A stretch of DNA of 64,000 nucleotides from an uncultured Methylomirabilota bacterium (GCA_963845565.1 CAWJSJ010000002.1:2624001-2688000); one strand, 5' to 3'. Counted from the stretch's first letter, positions 12,244-21,905 are shown. A program made the numbers and translations. The notes: generated by a model from the letters alone, not told the origin.

Positions 12244-13889
12244 GGGTCACGATTCAGGCCCTCTCTCTGGCGCTGTTCACGGGCCTGTTCGCGCTGGCGA
12301 ATTACCGGCTGCCGGATTGGCTGCCGGCCGACATCTATTTGCGGCTGGACCCCCTGCTGGGTTTGAGCGCGATCCTGGCGGGCCGGACGTGGGTGGATCG
12401 AGCCCTCTGGGGTGTCGTGCTGCTCGCGGCCACGGCTCTCGCCGGCCGGTTCTTCTGCTCGTACGTCTGTCCGCTCGGGGCGATCCTCGATTTCCTGGAT
12501 CCCGTCCTCTTTCGCCGGGCGAAGCGGCGCACGCTCGAAAGCGACCGCGCACTCCGCAACCTCAAGTACGTGGTCCTGATCCTCTTCATCGCGGCGGCCC
12601 TGGTGGGGTCGTCGCTCGTCTACCTGCTGGACCCGATCTCGCTCCTGACGCGCACCTACACCTTCGCCCTGTTCCCGCCGTTCGTCGGCCTGGTGAATCT
12701 GCTGCTGGATGTCGTCCGCCCCGTGGCCGAGGCGATGCGCTGGATGGACATCGCCACGCTGTCCTACGCCCAGCCCGTGTTCTACATGTCGCTGATCACG
12801 ATCCTGATCTTCGCGGCCATCGTGGCCCTGGGGCGGCTGGCCCCGCGCTTCTGGTGCCGCTATCTGTGCCCGCTCGGTGCATTGCTGAGCCTGGTCTCGC
12901 CCCTGGGGCGATGGCGGCGGACGGTCGGGCCGGAATGCCCGGCCTGCGGTGTCTGCCAGGACGCCTGCCCGATGGGCGCGGCCATGGACGAGGGCGGCAC
13001 ACGAACCGCGGAGTGCATCCAGTGCCGGACCTGCGTGGCGGCATGTCCACAGGATGTCATCGCATTCCCGGTCTCGCCGCAATTGCTCTCGGCGGGGGAG
13101 CCTGCACGGCCGGACCTCTCCCGTCGGGGGTTTCTCTATTCTGCGGCCGGCGGCGTGGGGCTGGGCTTCCTCGTCAAGCAGTCGCCCTTCACGCCGCTCC
13201 AGAACAAGGCCCAACTCGTCCGGCCGCCGGGCGCGTTGCCCGAAGAAGAGTTTCTCACCACCTGCATCCGCTGCGGCGAGTGCATGAAGTCCTGCCTCAC
13301 CAACACCCTTCAGCCCAGCCTCTGGGAGGGCGGCCTGGCGGGCCTCTGGACGCCAAAGGCGGACCTCCGCTTCGCCGCCTGCGAGCAGGAGTGCAACGTC
13401 TGCGGCAAGGTCTGCCCGACCCAGGCGATCCGGTCGCTCGGCCTCGAGGAGAAGGCCCACGCCAAGCTCGGGACGGCGGTGCTGCGGAAGGAGATGTGCC
13501 TGGTCTGGGCGCAGGACAAGCTCTGCTTGATCTGCGACGAGATCTGCCCGTACGATGCCATCGTCTTCCGCACCCTGGATGGCTACCGCCGCCCCTTCGT
13601 GGTGGCGTCCCGCTGCAACGGCTGCGGCTACTGCGAGCAGCGCTGCCCGGTGGAGGGCGAGTCGGCCATCGTGGTCGCGCCCATCGGCCAGATCCGGCTG
13701 CGCACGGGCTCGTACGTCGCCGAGGCGAAGAAGCTGCAGCTGGACTTCCATGCCAACCCGGGCGATGACCAGTTCATCCTGAAGACCGAGGGGCTCAAGG
13801 TCGGGCCGGAGCGGCCCGAGAGCGGGTCGAACGCGGTGTCGCCCGCCTCGCCCCCGGCGGCGAGACAGCCCAAGGGATTCGTGCCCTGA
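12240..13889 (+). CDS. membrane polyferredoxin (NapH/MauN-like N-half fused to NapG/MauM-like C-half)
   Basis: TM helices, FFCSYVCPLG and FWCRYLCPLG, CxxCxxCxxxCP clusters, internal SRRGFL then RPPGALPEEEFLTTCIRCGECMKSC; ATGA overlap with the upstream gene. Confidence 0.85.
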   Translation: MRVTIQALSLALFTGLFALANYRLPDWLPADIYLRLDPLLGLSAILAGRTWVDRALWGVVLLAATALAGRFFCSYVCPLGAILDFLDPVLFRRAKRRTLESDRALRNLKYVVLILFIAAALVGSSLVYLLDPISLLTRTYTFALFPPFVGLVNLLLDVVRPVAEAMRWMDIATLSYAQPVFYMSLITILIFAAIVALGRLAPRFWCRYLCPLGALLSLVSPLGRWRRTVGPECPACGVCQDACPMGAAMDEGGTRTAECIQCRTCVAACPQDVIAFPVSPQLLSAGEPARPDLSRRGFLYSAAGGVGLGFLVKQSPFTPLQNKAQLVRPPGALPEEEFLTTCIRCGECMKSCLTNTLQPSLWEGGLAGLWTPKADLRFAACEQECNVCGKVCPTQAIRSLGLEEKAHAKLGTAVLRKEMCLVWAQDKLCLICDEICPYDAIVFRTLDGYRRPFVVASRCNGCGYCEQRCPVEGESAIVVAPIGQIRLRTGSYVAEAKKLQLDFHANPGDDQFILKTEGLKVGPERPESGSNAVSPASPPAARQPKGFVP

Positions 13890-13946
13890 GCGCACTGGCT
13901 GAAACCGTCCGTGTCGTGAGTGGACAATGACAGGAGGGCTCGACCG

Positions 13947-15143
13947 ATGGAAAAGACGCTGGGGGTGGGGAGACGGGATTTCCTGAAGACGACCGCGACC
14001 GGGCTCGGCGGCTTCGCCTACCTGAGCGCCAACCTGACCCGGCCGCCGGACGCGCCGGAGAAGTTCGCGGGGACCCGTGTCCTCGGCCGGACCGGCATCC
14101 AGGTGCCGATCGTCTCGATGGGGGTCATGAACACCGACAATCCGCAGCTGGTGCGCGCCGCCCTCGATGCCGGCTATGTCTTCCTGGACACCGCCCAGGG
14201 GTACCAGCGCGGCACCAACGAGGCGATGATCGGCGAGATCCTCAAGGGTCGCCCGCGGAGCTCCTTCTTCATCGCCACCAAGGCCAGCCTGCCCAAGGAC
14301 CAGGCCACCGGCGGCTACGGGCCGGACGCCACGGAAGAGGCGTACACCAAGAAGATCGACACCAGCCTCAAGAGCCTGGGACTGGACTCCATCGATATCT
14401 ATTACCACCACGGAACCTGGACGCGGGGCGCCACGCTGCACGAGCCGATCCTCTCGGCGCTCCAGAAGGCGAAGCAGGCGGGCAAGATCCGCTGGATCGG
14501 CGTCAGCACGCACCGGAACGAGCCCGAGGTGGTCGACGCCGCGACGGATGCCAAGATCTACGATGTTGCCCTGGTGGCGTACAACTACCGCCAGCAGCAC
14601 GCGGCCGAGGTGCAGAAGGCCATCGCGCGGGCGGCCGGCGCCGGGCTCGGGATCGTGGGGATGAAGTCCATGGGCGGGAATCGCGGCGGCGCGTATGCCT
14701 CGACCCAGATCGACGCCCGCGCCTGCATCAAGTGGGTGCTCCAGGATCCGCACGTCGCCACCGTGATCTGTGGGTTCACCACCTTCGATCAGATGACGCT
14801 CGACCTGGGCGTCCTGAAGGACCTCACGCTGACCGCGTCGGAGCGGGAGCAACTCCGGGCGGCGTCGCTGACGGCCGGTCTGTATTGCCAGGGCTGCGGG
14901 GCGTGCGTCGGCCAGTGCGCGCAGGCGCTCCCGATCCCCGACCTGATGCGGGCCCACATGTACGTGTACGGGTACCGGAACCTGGTGGCGGCCCAGGACC
15001 TGGTACTGTCCCTGGCGCTGCCGGGCAACGCGTGCGGCGCGTGCGGCGCCTGCCCCGTGGTCTGCGCCAATCGCTGGGACGTCTCCGCGCGGGTGCGTGA
15101 CGTCATCCGCCTGCGGGAGGTTCCCACCAGCTTTGTGGCCTAG
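13947..15143 (+). CDS. aldo/keto reductase with Tat-like N-terminus and C-terminal 2x[4Fe-4S] domain
   Basis: GRRDFLK; LGRTG, DTAQGY, IATK; CQGCGACVGQC and CGACGACPVVC. Confidence 0.85.
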   Translation: MEKTLGVGRRDFLKTTATGLGGFAYLSANLTRPPDAPEKFAGTRVLGRTGIQVPIVSMGVMNTDNPQLVRAALDAGYVFLDTAQGYQRGTNEAMIGEILKGRPRSSFFIATKASLPKDQATGGYGPDATEEAYTKKIDTSLKSLGLDSIDIYYHHGTWTRGATLHEPILSALQKAKQAGKIRWIGVSTHRNEPEVVDAATDAKIYDVALVAYNYRQQHAAEVQKAIARAAGAGLGIVGMKSMGGNRGGAYASTQIDARACIKWVLQDPHVATVICGFTTFDQMTLDLGVLKDLTLTASEREQLRAASLTAGLYCQGCGACVGQCAQALPIPDLMRAHMYVYGYRNLVAAQDLVLSLALPGNACGACGACPVVCANRWDVSARVRDVIRLREVPTSFVA

Positions 15144-15144
15144 C

Positions 15145-15210
15145 GGCTGCTGAACACGGGACATCCGGACCGTTTTGAGCAGCCCGGGCGAGAATGGGGT
15201 TTTCAGCAGC
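15145..15210. repeat. intergenic palindromic REP-like element
   Basis: GGCTGCTGAACACGG (15145-15159) / CCGTTTTGAGCAGCC (15170-15184) plus a second arm GTTTTCAGCAGC (15199-15210). Confidence 0.6.
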
Positions 15211-15238
15211 TTGCCAGTCAAGCCGGGGAGGATCGGGC

Positions 15239-16105
15239 ATGACGACGCGGAGGATCTGGGTGGCACTCCTGCTGGGGATCGTCCTCTGGCAGGCGCCGGC
15301 GCCGGGCGCCGGCGCCATGCCGTTCGCCTTCCCCGCGGTGGACGGTTGGAAACCGGCGGGCCAGCCGCAGGTGTTCTCGCCCGACACGCTCTACGACTAC
15401 ATCAACGGCGGGTCGGATCTCTACCTGAAGTACGATTTTGAAGAGCTGCAGGTGGTCGAGTACCGGAAGGACGCGATGTCGGTGAGCGTGGAGGTCTATC
15501 GCCATCGGGATGCGGACCACGCCTTCGGGATCTACAGCCAGGAACGCGTTCCCAGCGCCGCCTTTCTGCCGCTCGGGGCGCAGGGCTACTACGAGAACGC
15601 GGTCTGCAATTTCATCCAGGGCGGCTATTACGTGAAGCTGAGCAGCGACCATACCGGGGCGGACGACCGGGAGATTCTGCTGGCGTTCGCCCGACGAATC
15701 TCGCAGGCGCTGCCGGCGCAATCCGCCTTGCCGGCCGCCCTGTCGGCGTTTCCGCCGGACGGGAAGCGGCGGAACTCGGAGAAGTTCATCGCCAAGGACT
15801 TCCTCGGGTACGCATTCCTCCACGCCGGGTACCTTGCGGACTACGAGCGGTCGGGTCAGACGTACCAGCTCTTCGTGATCGCGGGCGACAGCCCCACGGA
15901 CGCCCGGGCGATGCTGGGGCAGTACCTGACGCAGATCAAGCAGGAGGTGACTCTGGCCGAGGGGGCGTACCAGGTCAGGGACCCCTATCACGGAGAGATG
16001 GCGCTTTTCTGGAAGGGGAGATACATCTGGGGGACGACGAAGCTGGCGGACCCCGGCCTCCGGTCCGCCTATCTGACGCAATTCGAGGGTCTCGTCATTC
16101 CGTAG
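15239..16105 (+). CDS. exported protein, DUF6599-like
   Basis: Sec signal peptide; TLYDYINGG..LYLKYDF, AFGIYS, LGAQGY, FLGYAFL motifs. Confidence 0.7.
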   Translation: MTTRRIWVALLLGIVLWQAPAPGAGAMPFAFPAVDGWKPAGQPQVFSPDTLYDYINGGSDLYLKYDFEELQVVEYRKDAMSVSVEVYRHRDADHAFGIYSQERVPSAAFLPLGAQGYYENAVCNFIQGGYYVKLSSDHTGADDREILLAFARRISQALPAQSALPAALSAFPPDGKRRNSEKFIAKDFLGYAFLHAGYLADYERSGQTYQLFVIAGDSPTDARAMLGQYLTQIKQEVTLAEGAYQVRDPYHGEMALFWKGRYIWGTTKLADPGLRSAYLTQFEGLVIP

Positions 16106-16192
16106 ACGCCCCTCGTCCGTTCCTCCCCCATCGTGCAGGCCGTCCCCGGAGCGGGCGCGGTCGCCATCTGGTTCGGCGGACCGGGCGCCGTC

Positions 16193-17323
16193 ATGAGTGA
16201 CCCGCGCATGTACACCAAGCCCTTCGTCCTGACGACGCTGGCCTTCTTCTGTTTCTTCACGAACGTCAACGCCTACAATCTGCTGCCCCTGCATCTCCAT
16301 GCCTTGGGAGCCCAGGCCGGGGAGATCGGAACGATCATGGCCATGTTCAGCGTGGCCGCGATCCTGGCGCAGGCGATCACGGGGCGATTGCTGGACCGGG
16401 GATGGCGAACGCCCTGTCTCCTGAGTGCGGCGGGCCTGTTGACCGCCGTCTCGGCCGCCTTCACCATGACCTCTCGCCTCGGCTGGCTCCTCTACCTCCT
16501 CCGGTTCCTGCAAGGGTTGGGATTTGCCGTCTACATGACCAGCAGCATGACCTTGATCGCGGACTTGGCGCCGCCCACGCGGCGCGCCGAGGCGGTCGGG
16601 ATCTACGGGACGGGCGGCCTGGTCGCCGTGGCCCTCGGGCCGGCAGTGGGGGAGCTCATCCTGGGCGCCGCCGGATTTCCGGTCTTCTTCGCCACCACGG
16701 CAGGCGTCGCGGCCGCGGCGCTGGCGCTGGCCGCCTCGGTCCCCGCCCCCCCGATGATCCCCGCGGCGCCAGGACCCCGCCTGGGGTGGGAGGGGTGGGT
16801 CCCCTTCCTGCCGGTCCTTCTCCCTGGCTTCCAGTACGGCCTCGCCAACGTCATCGTGTTCGTCTTCCTGCCGCCCTTTGCCCGCGCCCTGGAGCTCCCC
16901 CGGGTCGGACCGTTCTACATCGCCTACACCGGGGCGGCGATCCTGGTCCGCTTCCTCGGGGGTGGCCTGGCCGATCGGATCGGCCGGGAGCGCGTGATCA
17001 TCCCCGCGCTCGGCGCCATGACGGTAGGGATCCTGCTCTGCAGCGGCCTGCACGCCACCTGGCTCCTGGTGATGATCGGCCTCCTGAACGGCACGGCCCA
17101 GGGCTTCGTCATGCCGGCGGCGAACGCCCTGGCGTTCGAGAGGGCCCCCAGCGGCCGTCGGGGCCAGGCGGTGGCCCTCTACAACGGCGCCAACCTGGTG
17201 GGGGCCACGTTGGGAGCGAGCGGATTCGGCTGGCTGGTCCAGGCGTTCGGCTACCGCCCGGCCTTCGTGCTGGCGAGCGGCGTCCTCGCGCTCGGGAGCT
17301 GGATGTTCTGGCGGCAGCGGTAG
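16193..17323 (+). CDS. MFS transporter
   Basis: About 12 TM segments; GRLLDRGWR and GGLADRIGRER motif A. Confidence 0.9.
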   Translation: MSDPRMYTKPFVLTTLAFFCFFTNVNAYNLLPLHLHALGAQAGEIGTIMAMFSVAAILAQAITGRLLDRGWRTPCLLSAAGLLTAVSAAFTMTSRLGWLLYLLRFLQGLGFAVYMTSSMTLIADLAPPTRRAEAVGIYGTGGLVAVALGPAVGELILGAAGFPVFFATTAGVAAAALALAASVPAPPMIPAAPGPRLGWEGWVPFLPVLLPGFQYGLANVIVFVFLPPFARALELPRVGPFYIAYTGAAILVRFLGGGLADRIGRERVIIPALGAMTVGILLCSGLHATWLLVMIGLLNGTAQGFVMPAANALAFERAPSGRRGQAVALYNGANLVGATLGASGFGWLVQAFGYRPAFVLASGVLALGSWMFWRQR

Positions 17324-17513
17324 CCGGACGGCGGTGTATTCCGCACACAAAGTCGGTGGGGGACAACCCCGTTGCCTCCGGGGCGCGAACCGAAGAACCG
17401 CGGGTTCCGGGGCGGACCCCCCGGTGTGCCCGGACTCGCCCGGTCCTTGACAATCGGCGCTTGGCGCAGGATCGTGTGGTTGGCGCGGAGAACCGGAAGC
17501 CGGGAGGCATACC

Positions 17514-18470
17514 ATGCACTATCGCGTACTGGGACGGACGGGGCTGCGGGTGTCCGAGGTGGGGTTCGGGGCCTGGGCAATCGGCGGCCCTGCCAAGCTG
17601 GGGGACCTCGAGATCGGCTGGGGCGAGGTGGACGATGCCATGTCCCTGCGCGCCATCGACGCCGCCTACGATGCCGGCGTGACCCTGTTCGACACGGCCG
17701 ACGCGTATGGGGCGGGACACAGCGAGACGCTGCTCGGCAAGGCGCTCGGGCCGAAGCGGGACCGCGTGGTGATCGCCACCAAGGTCGGCAACCGCACCGT
17801 GGACGGCCGGTGGGTGAAGGACTTCTCCCCGGCCTGGATCCGGCAAGGGCTCGACGCGAGTCTGGCGCGCCTTGGCATGGAGTACGTGGACCTCTACCAG
17901 CTGCACTCCGCGTCGGACACGGCGGAGTACCGGGACGAGGTCTTCGAGGCGCTGGAGACGCTCAAGACCCAGGGAAAGATCCGGAGCTACGGGGTCTCCG
18001 TCGGGCCCGTCGCGCATGGCCCCTGGGTGATCCGGCATACCCGCGCGGACACGATCCAGGTCGTATACAACATGCTGGCGCGGGAGCCGGAGGATGAGTT
18101 GCTTTCCTTGGCGCAGGCAGAGGGCGTCGGGATCATCGCCCGCGTGCCGCTGGCGTCCGGCTTCCTGACGGGAAAGTTCGCCGCGGACGTCACCTTCCCG
18201 GCCAACGATCACCGGGCGCGCACGTACCCGCCGGAGAAGGTCCGCCAGGTGGCGGGGCAGGTCGCCCGGCTGGGGTTCCTGACCGAGGGGCGACGCCGGA
18301 CGCTCGCCCAGGCCGCCCTGCAGTACTGCCTGTCCCACCCCGCCGTTTCCACCGTCATCCCGGGGGCCAAGACGCCGGAGCAGGCGCGCGCCAACGCGGC
18401 CGCCAGCGACGGCGTCCTCCTCACGGCGGACGAGGTCGCGCGGGCCCGCGTTGCTCTTACCGACGTGTGA
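17514..18470 (+). CDS. aldo/keto reductase
   Basis: YRVLGRTGLRVSEVGFGAW, FDTADAYGAGHSE, IATKVG, DLYQLH, PLASGFLTGK. Confidence 0.92.
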   Translation: MHYRVLGRTGLRVSEVGFGAWAIGGPAKLGDLEIGWGEVDDAMSLRAIDAAYDAGVTLFDTADAYGAGHSETLLGKALGPKRDRVVIATKVGNRTVDGRWVKDFSPAWIRQGLDASLARLGMEYVDLYQLHSASDTAEYRDEVFEALETLKTQGKIRSYGVSVGPVAHGPWVIRHTRADTIQVVYNMLAREPEDELLSLAQAEGVGIIARVPLASGFLTGKFAADVTFPANDHRARTYPPEKVRQVAGQVARLGFLTEGRRRTLAQAALQYCLSHPAVSTVIPGAKTPEQARANAAASDGVLLTADEVARARVALTDV

Positions 18471-18604
18471 GCTCGGGACGCGCGGCGTGGCGGTGTGCCG
18501 CCGGCCGACGCATGCCCCTCGCGGGCGTCGGGCGGACGCGCAGCCCGCGGAATCCGGACGGGCCCCTCGCGCCTGACTCCATTTTCGAAGACTGAGGGCT
18601 ACGG

Positions 18605-20509
18605 ATGCACTCCACACGGATGTCGTCGGAAGGCGCCTCCACGGGGAAGACGCCGGCTGCCGCGGACCGACTCAGGGCGCTCTGGCCATTGATCGCGGAG
18701 CTGGTCCGTCCCCGGCGACGCTTGCTGCTGGTCGGCTGCGCGCTGATCCTGGTCAACCGCGTCGCGGGATTGGTCCTGCCGGCCTCCACCAAGTTCCTGG
18801 TCGACGACGTCATCGGCCGCCAGCGATCCGATCTCCTCGGGCCGCTGGTGCTGGCGGTGGTGTGCGCCACCGCGGTGCAGGGGGTGACCTCCTTCGTGCT
18901 GACGCAGCGGCTCTCCACGGCCGCCCAGCGCCTGATCGCCGAGCTGCGCCGCAAGGTGCAGGCCCACGTCGGCCGCTTGCCCGTCGCGTACTACGACGCC
19001 AACAAGAGCGGCGCGCTCGTCTCCCGCATCATGACCGACGTCGAGGGCGTGCGAAATCTCATCGGCACCGGGCTGGTGGAGCTTCTCGGCGGTCTGCTGA
19101 CCGCGGTCTTTGCGCTCGGGGTCCTGGTGTTCATCAGCCCGGTGCTGACCGGGCTCGCGCTGGCCTTTGTCCTGGCGTTCGCCGTCGTCCTGCGCACCTC
19201 GCTCCGAACCGTCCGGCCCATCTTCCGCGCGCGCGGGAAGATCAACGCGGAGGTCACCGGGAGACTGACCGAATCGCTGAGCGGCGTCCGGGTGATCAAG
19301 GGCTATCATGCGGAAGCGCGGGAGGAGGCGGTCTTCGCCCGCGGGGTCCAGCGATTGCTGGACAACGTCCTTCAGTCGCTGACCGTGATCGCGACCATGA
19401 GCCTCTCCGCCACCCTGTTCATGGGGGTGGTGGGCGCGGTGGTGATGTACGTCGGGGCGCGGGAGATCGTCGCCGGCACGCTGACTCTGGGGGGCTTCAT
19501 GACCTTCACGGCGTTCCTGGCGTTTCTGGTGGCGCCGATCTTTCAGGTGGTCAGCATCGGCACCCAATTGTCCGAGGCGCTGGCGGGACTGGAGCGCACG
19601 CGCGAAGTCCTGCGGGAGCGGCCCGAGGACGAGGATCCGACGCGGACCGTGGAGATGCCCAGCCTGCGGGGCGACGTGGTGTTCGACCGCGTGCGCTTCG
19701 CCTACGACGCAGGCAAGGAGGTGCTCGACGCGGTGTCCTTCCGGGCGGCGCCCGGCACCGTGACGGCGCTGGTCGGTCCCTCGGGCGCCGGGAAGTCGAC
19801 GATCATCGGCCTGGTGGCGGCGTTCCATGTGCCGACGGCAGGCGCCGTCCTCGTCGACGGCGTGGATCTGTCCCGCGTGCGGCTCGGTTCCTACCGCACC
19901 CAGCTGGGCGTGGTGCTCCAGGAAACGTTTCTCTTCGACGGCACCATCCGCGAGAACGTCGCCTTCGCCCGCCCCGACGCCGGCGAGGCGCAGATCCTCG
20001 ACGCCTGCCGGATCGCGCGGGTGGACGAGTTCGCCGAGCGATTCGACCGGCAGTACGACACGCTGGTGGGCGAGCGGGGGGTCAAGCTCTCGGGAGGGCA
20101 GCGGCAACGGGTCTCGATCGCGCGCGCCATCCTGGCCGACCCGCGCATCCTCATCCTGGACGAAGCGACCTCCAGCCTGGATTCGGAATCCGAAGCGTTG
20201 ATCCAGGACGGACTCGCGTATCTCATGCGGGGGCGGACCACGTTCGTGATCGCGCACCGGCTCTCCACCATCCGGCGGGCCGATCAGATTCTCGTGGTCG
20301 AGGCCGGCCGCATCGTGGAGGAGGGGACGCACCAGGCCCTTCTCGCAGCGCGCGGCCGATATTTCGACCTGTACACCAGACAGCACGGCCTGGAGGCGAA
20401 TCTGTTTCTGGATGAGGGCGATGGAGACGTTGTTCCCGAACAGCCGCCATCGACCGACTCCGAGGCGAGCAACGGCGCAGAAGCGACGCTCCGGCTCCTG
20501 CGCGGTTAG
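18605..20509 (+). CDS. ABC exporter, fused permease/ATPase (MsbA-like)
   Basis: 6 TM + GPSGAGKS, LSGGQRQR, ILILDEATS. Confidence 0.92.
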   Translation: MHSTRMSSEGASTGKTPAAADRLRALWPLIAELVRPRRRLLLVGCALILVNRVAGLVLPASTKFLVDDVIGRQRSDLLGPLVLAVVCATAVQGVTSFVLTQRLSTAAQRLIAELRRKVQAHVGRLPVAYYDANKSGALVSRIMTDVEGVRNLIGTGLVELLGGLLTAVFALGVLVFISPVLTGLALAFVLAFAVVLRTSLRTVRPIFRARGKINAEVTGRLTESLSGVRVIKGYHAEAREEAVFARGVQRLLDNVLQSLTVIATMSLSATLFMGVVGAVVMYVGAREIVAGTLTLGGFMTFTAFLAFLVAPIFQVVSIGTQLSEALAGLERTREVLRERPEDEDPTRTVEMPSLRGDVVFDRVRFAYDAGKEVLDAVSFRAAPGTVTALVGPSGAGKSTIIGLVAAFHVPTAGAVLVDGVDLSRVRLGSYRTQLGVVLQETFLFDGTIRENVAFARPDAGEAQILDACRIARVDEFAERFDRQYDTLVGERGVKLSGGQRQRVSIARAILADPRILILDEATSSLDSESEALIQDGLAYLMRGRTTFVIAHRLSTIRRADQILVVEAGRIVEEGTHQALLAARGRYFDLYTRQHGLEANLFLDEGDGDVVPEQPPSTDSEASNGAEATLRLLRG

Positions 20510-20558
20510 GAGCCGTTACGAAATACCTTGATCATCTCTGTGATTTCGTTACGGCTCC
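20509..20558. mobile_element. 50-bp MITE-like element with 16-bp terminal inverted repeats and TTA flanks
   Basis: TTA|GGAGCCGTTACGAAAT...ATTTCGTTACGGCTCC|TTA (15/16 match); left end repeated at 24206-24223. Confidence 0.6.
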
Positions 20559-20645
20559 TTATGCCGTTGCCAGAATGTCTCTGGTCAAGGTATTCCATGA
20601 CAACGGCTGGGCGGGCATCGCCGGTGAACCCACGGCGGCGCTGGG

Positions 20646-21905
20646 ATGATGCGCGAGGGGACGGTCGTGACGCACCTGACGGCGGATGGCCGGATCCTGT
20701 TTGCGGCCCGGATCGTGCGGATGTTCGGCTATGGGTTCCTGGCCGTCGTCCTGGCGCTGTATCTGGCGGCGCTGGGCCTGGACGAGTGGCGGATCGGCCT
20801 GCTCCTGACGCTCACGCTGGTCGGGGATACCGCCGTCTCGCTCTGGATGAGCACCCACGCCGACCGGTACGGGCGGCGGACGATGCTGGCGGTGGGATCG
20901 CTGCTGCTGCTCGGGGCGGGTCTGGTCTTCATCGGGACGGATCGGTTCGTGGTCCTCCTGGCGGCGGCGACGATCGGCGTCATCAGCCCCAGCGGGTACG
21001 AGGTGGGCCCCTTCCTGGCCATCGAGCAGGCCGCCCTGTCGCAGGCGGTGCCCGGCGAGCGGCGCACCCACGTCTTCGCCTGGTACAATCTGGCCGGCTC
21101 GGTCGCCACGGCGGTCGGTTCGCTGGCCGGGGGCGGCATCGCCTGGCTGGGCCAGGCCGGGGGCCTGACCCCGCTGGAGAGTTATCGGGTCGTGCTGGCC
21201 GGGTACGCCGCGCTGGGCGGGGTGATGGCCTGGCTGTTCTGGCGACTGAGCCCGTCGGTCGAGGTCGCGCCGATCCCGCGCCCCTCCCCGACCTCTCCGC
21301 GGTTCCGGTTCGGCCTGCACCACTCCGGCGGTGTGGTCCTCCGCCTGTCGGGCCTCTTCGCGCTGGACGCCTTCGGCGGCGGGTTCGTGATCCAGAGCAT
21401 GCTGGCCTACTGGTTCTATCTCCGGTTTGGCACGGACGAGGCGACGCTGGGGGCGATCTTCTTTGGCGCCAATCTGCTGGCGGGCGCGTCCGCCCTGATG
21501 GCATCGCGGATCGCGGCCCGGTTTGGCCTGGTCAACACGATGGTGTTCACGCACCTGCCGTCCAACGTCCTCTTGATGCTCGTGCCGCTCATGCCGACGC
21601 TGCCCCTGGCAATCCTGGTCCTGCTCCTCCGGTTCAGCATCTCCCAGATGGACGTGCCCACCCGCCAGTCGTACACCATGGCCATCGTCCGCCCCGAGGA
21701 GCGCTCCGCGGCCGCGGGCATCACGGGGACCGCCCGCACCGTCGGCGCGGCCTGTGCGCCGGTCTGTGCGGGCCTGCTGCTCGGCGCACCCGCGCTGATG
21801 AGCGGCCCCTTCTTCGTGGCCGGTGGACTGAAGATCCTCTACGACCTCCTCCTCCTGCGGAGCTTCAGGCGGGTGAAGCCCCCGGAGGAGTCCACAGCCG
21901 GGTGA
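20646..21905 (+). CDS. MFS transporter
   Basis: About 12 TM; ADRYGRR; GPFLAIEQA and SQMDVPTRQSY motifs. Confidence 0.9.
   Translation: MMREGTVVTHLTADGRILFAARIVRMFGYGFLAVVLALYLAALGLDEWRIGLLLTLTLVGDTAVSLWMSTHADRYGRRTMLAVGSLLLLGAGLVFIGTDRFVVLLAAATIGVISPSGYEVGPFLAIEQAALSQAVPGERRTHVFAWYNLAGSVATAVGSLAGGGIAWLGQAGGLTPLESYRVVLAGYAALGGVMAWLFWRLSPSVEVAPIPRPSPTSPRFRFGLHHSGGVVLRLSGLFALDAFGGGFVIQSMLAYWFYLRFGTDEATLGAIFFGANLLAGASALMASRIAARFGLVNTMVFTHLPSNVLLMLVPLMPTLPLAILVLLLRFSISQMDVPTRQSYTMAIVRPEERSAAAGITGTARTVGAACAPVCAGLLLGAPALMSGPFFVAGGLKILYDLLLLRSFRRVKPPEESTAG

Noticed and set aside
11760..15266. 1168-aa minus-strand ORF
   Set aside because: Antisense shadow of the Fe-S operon.
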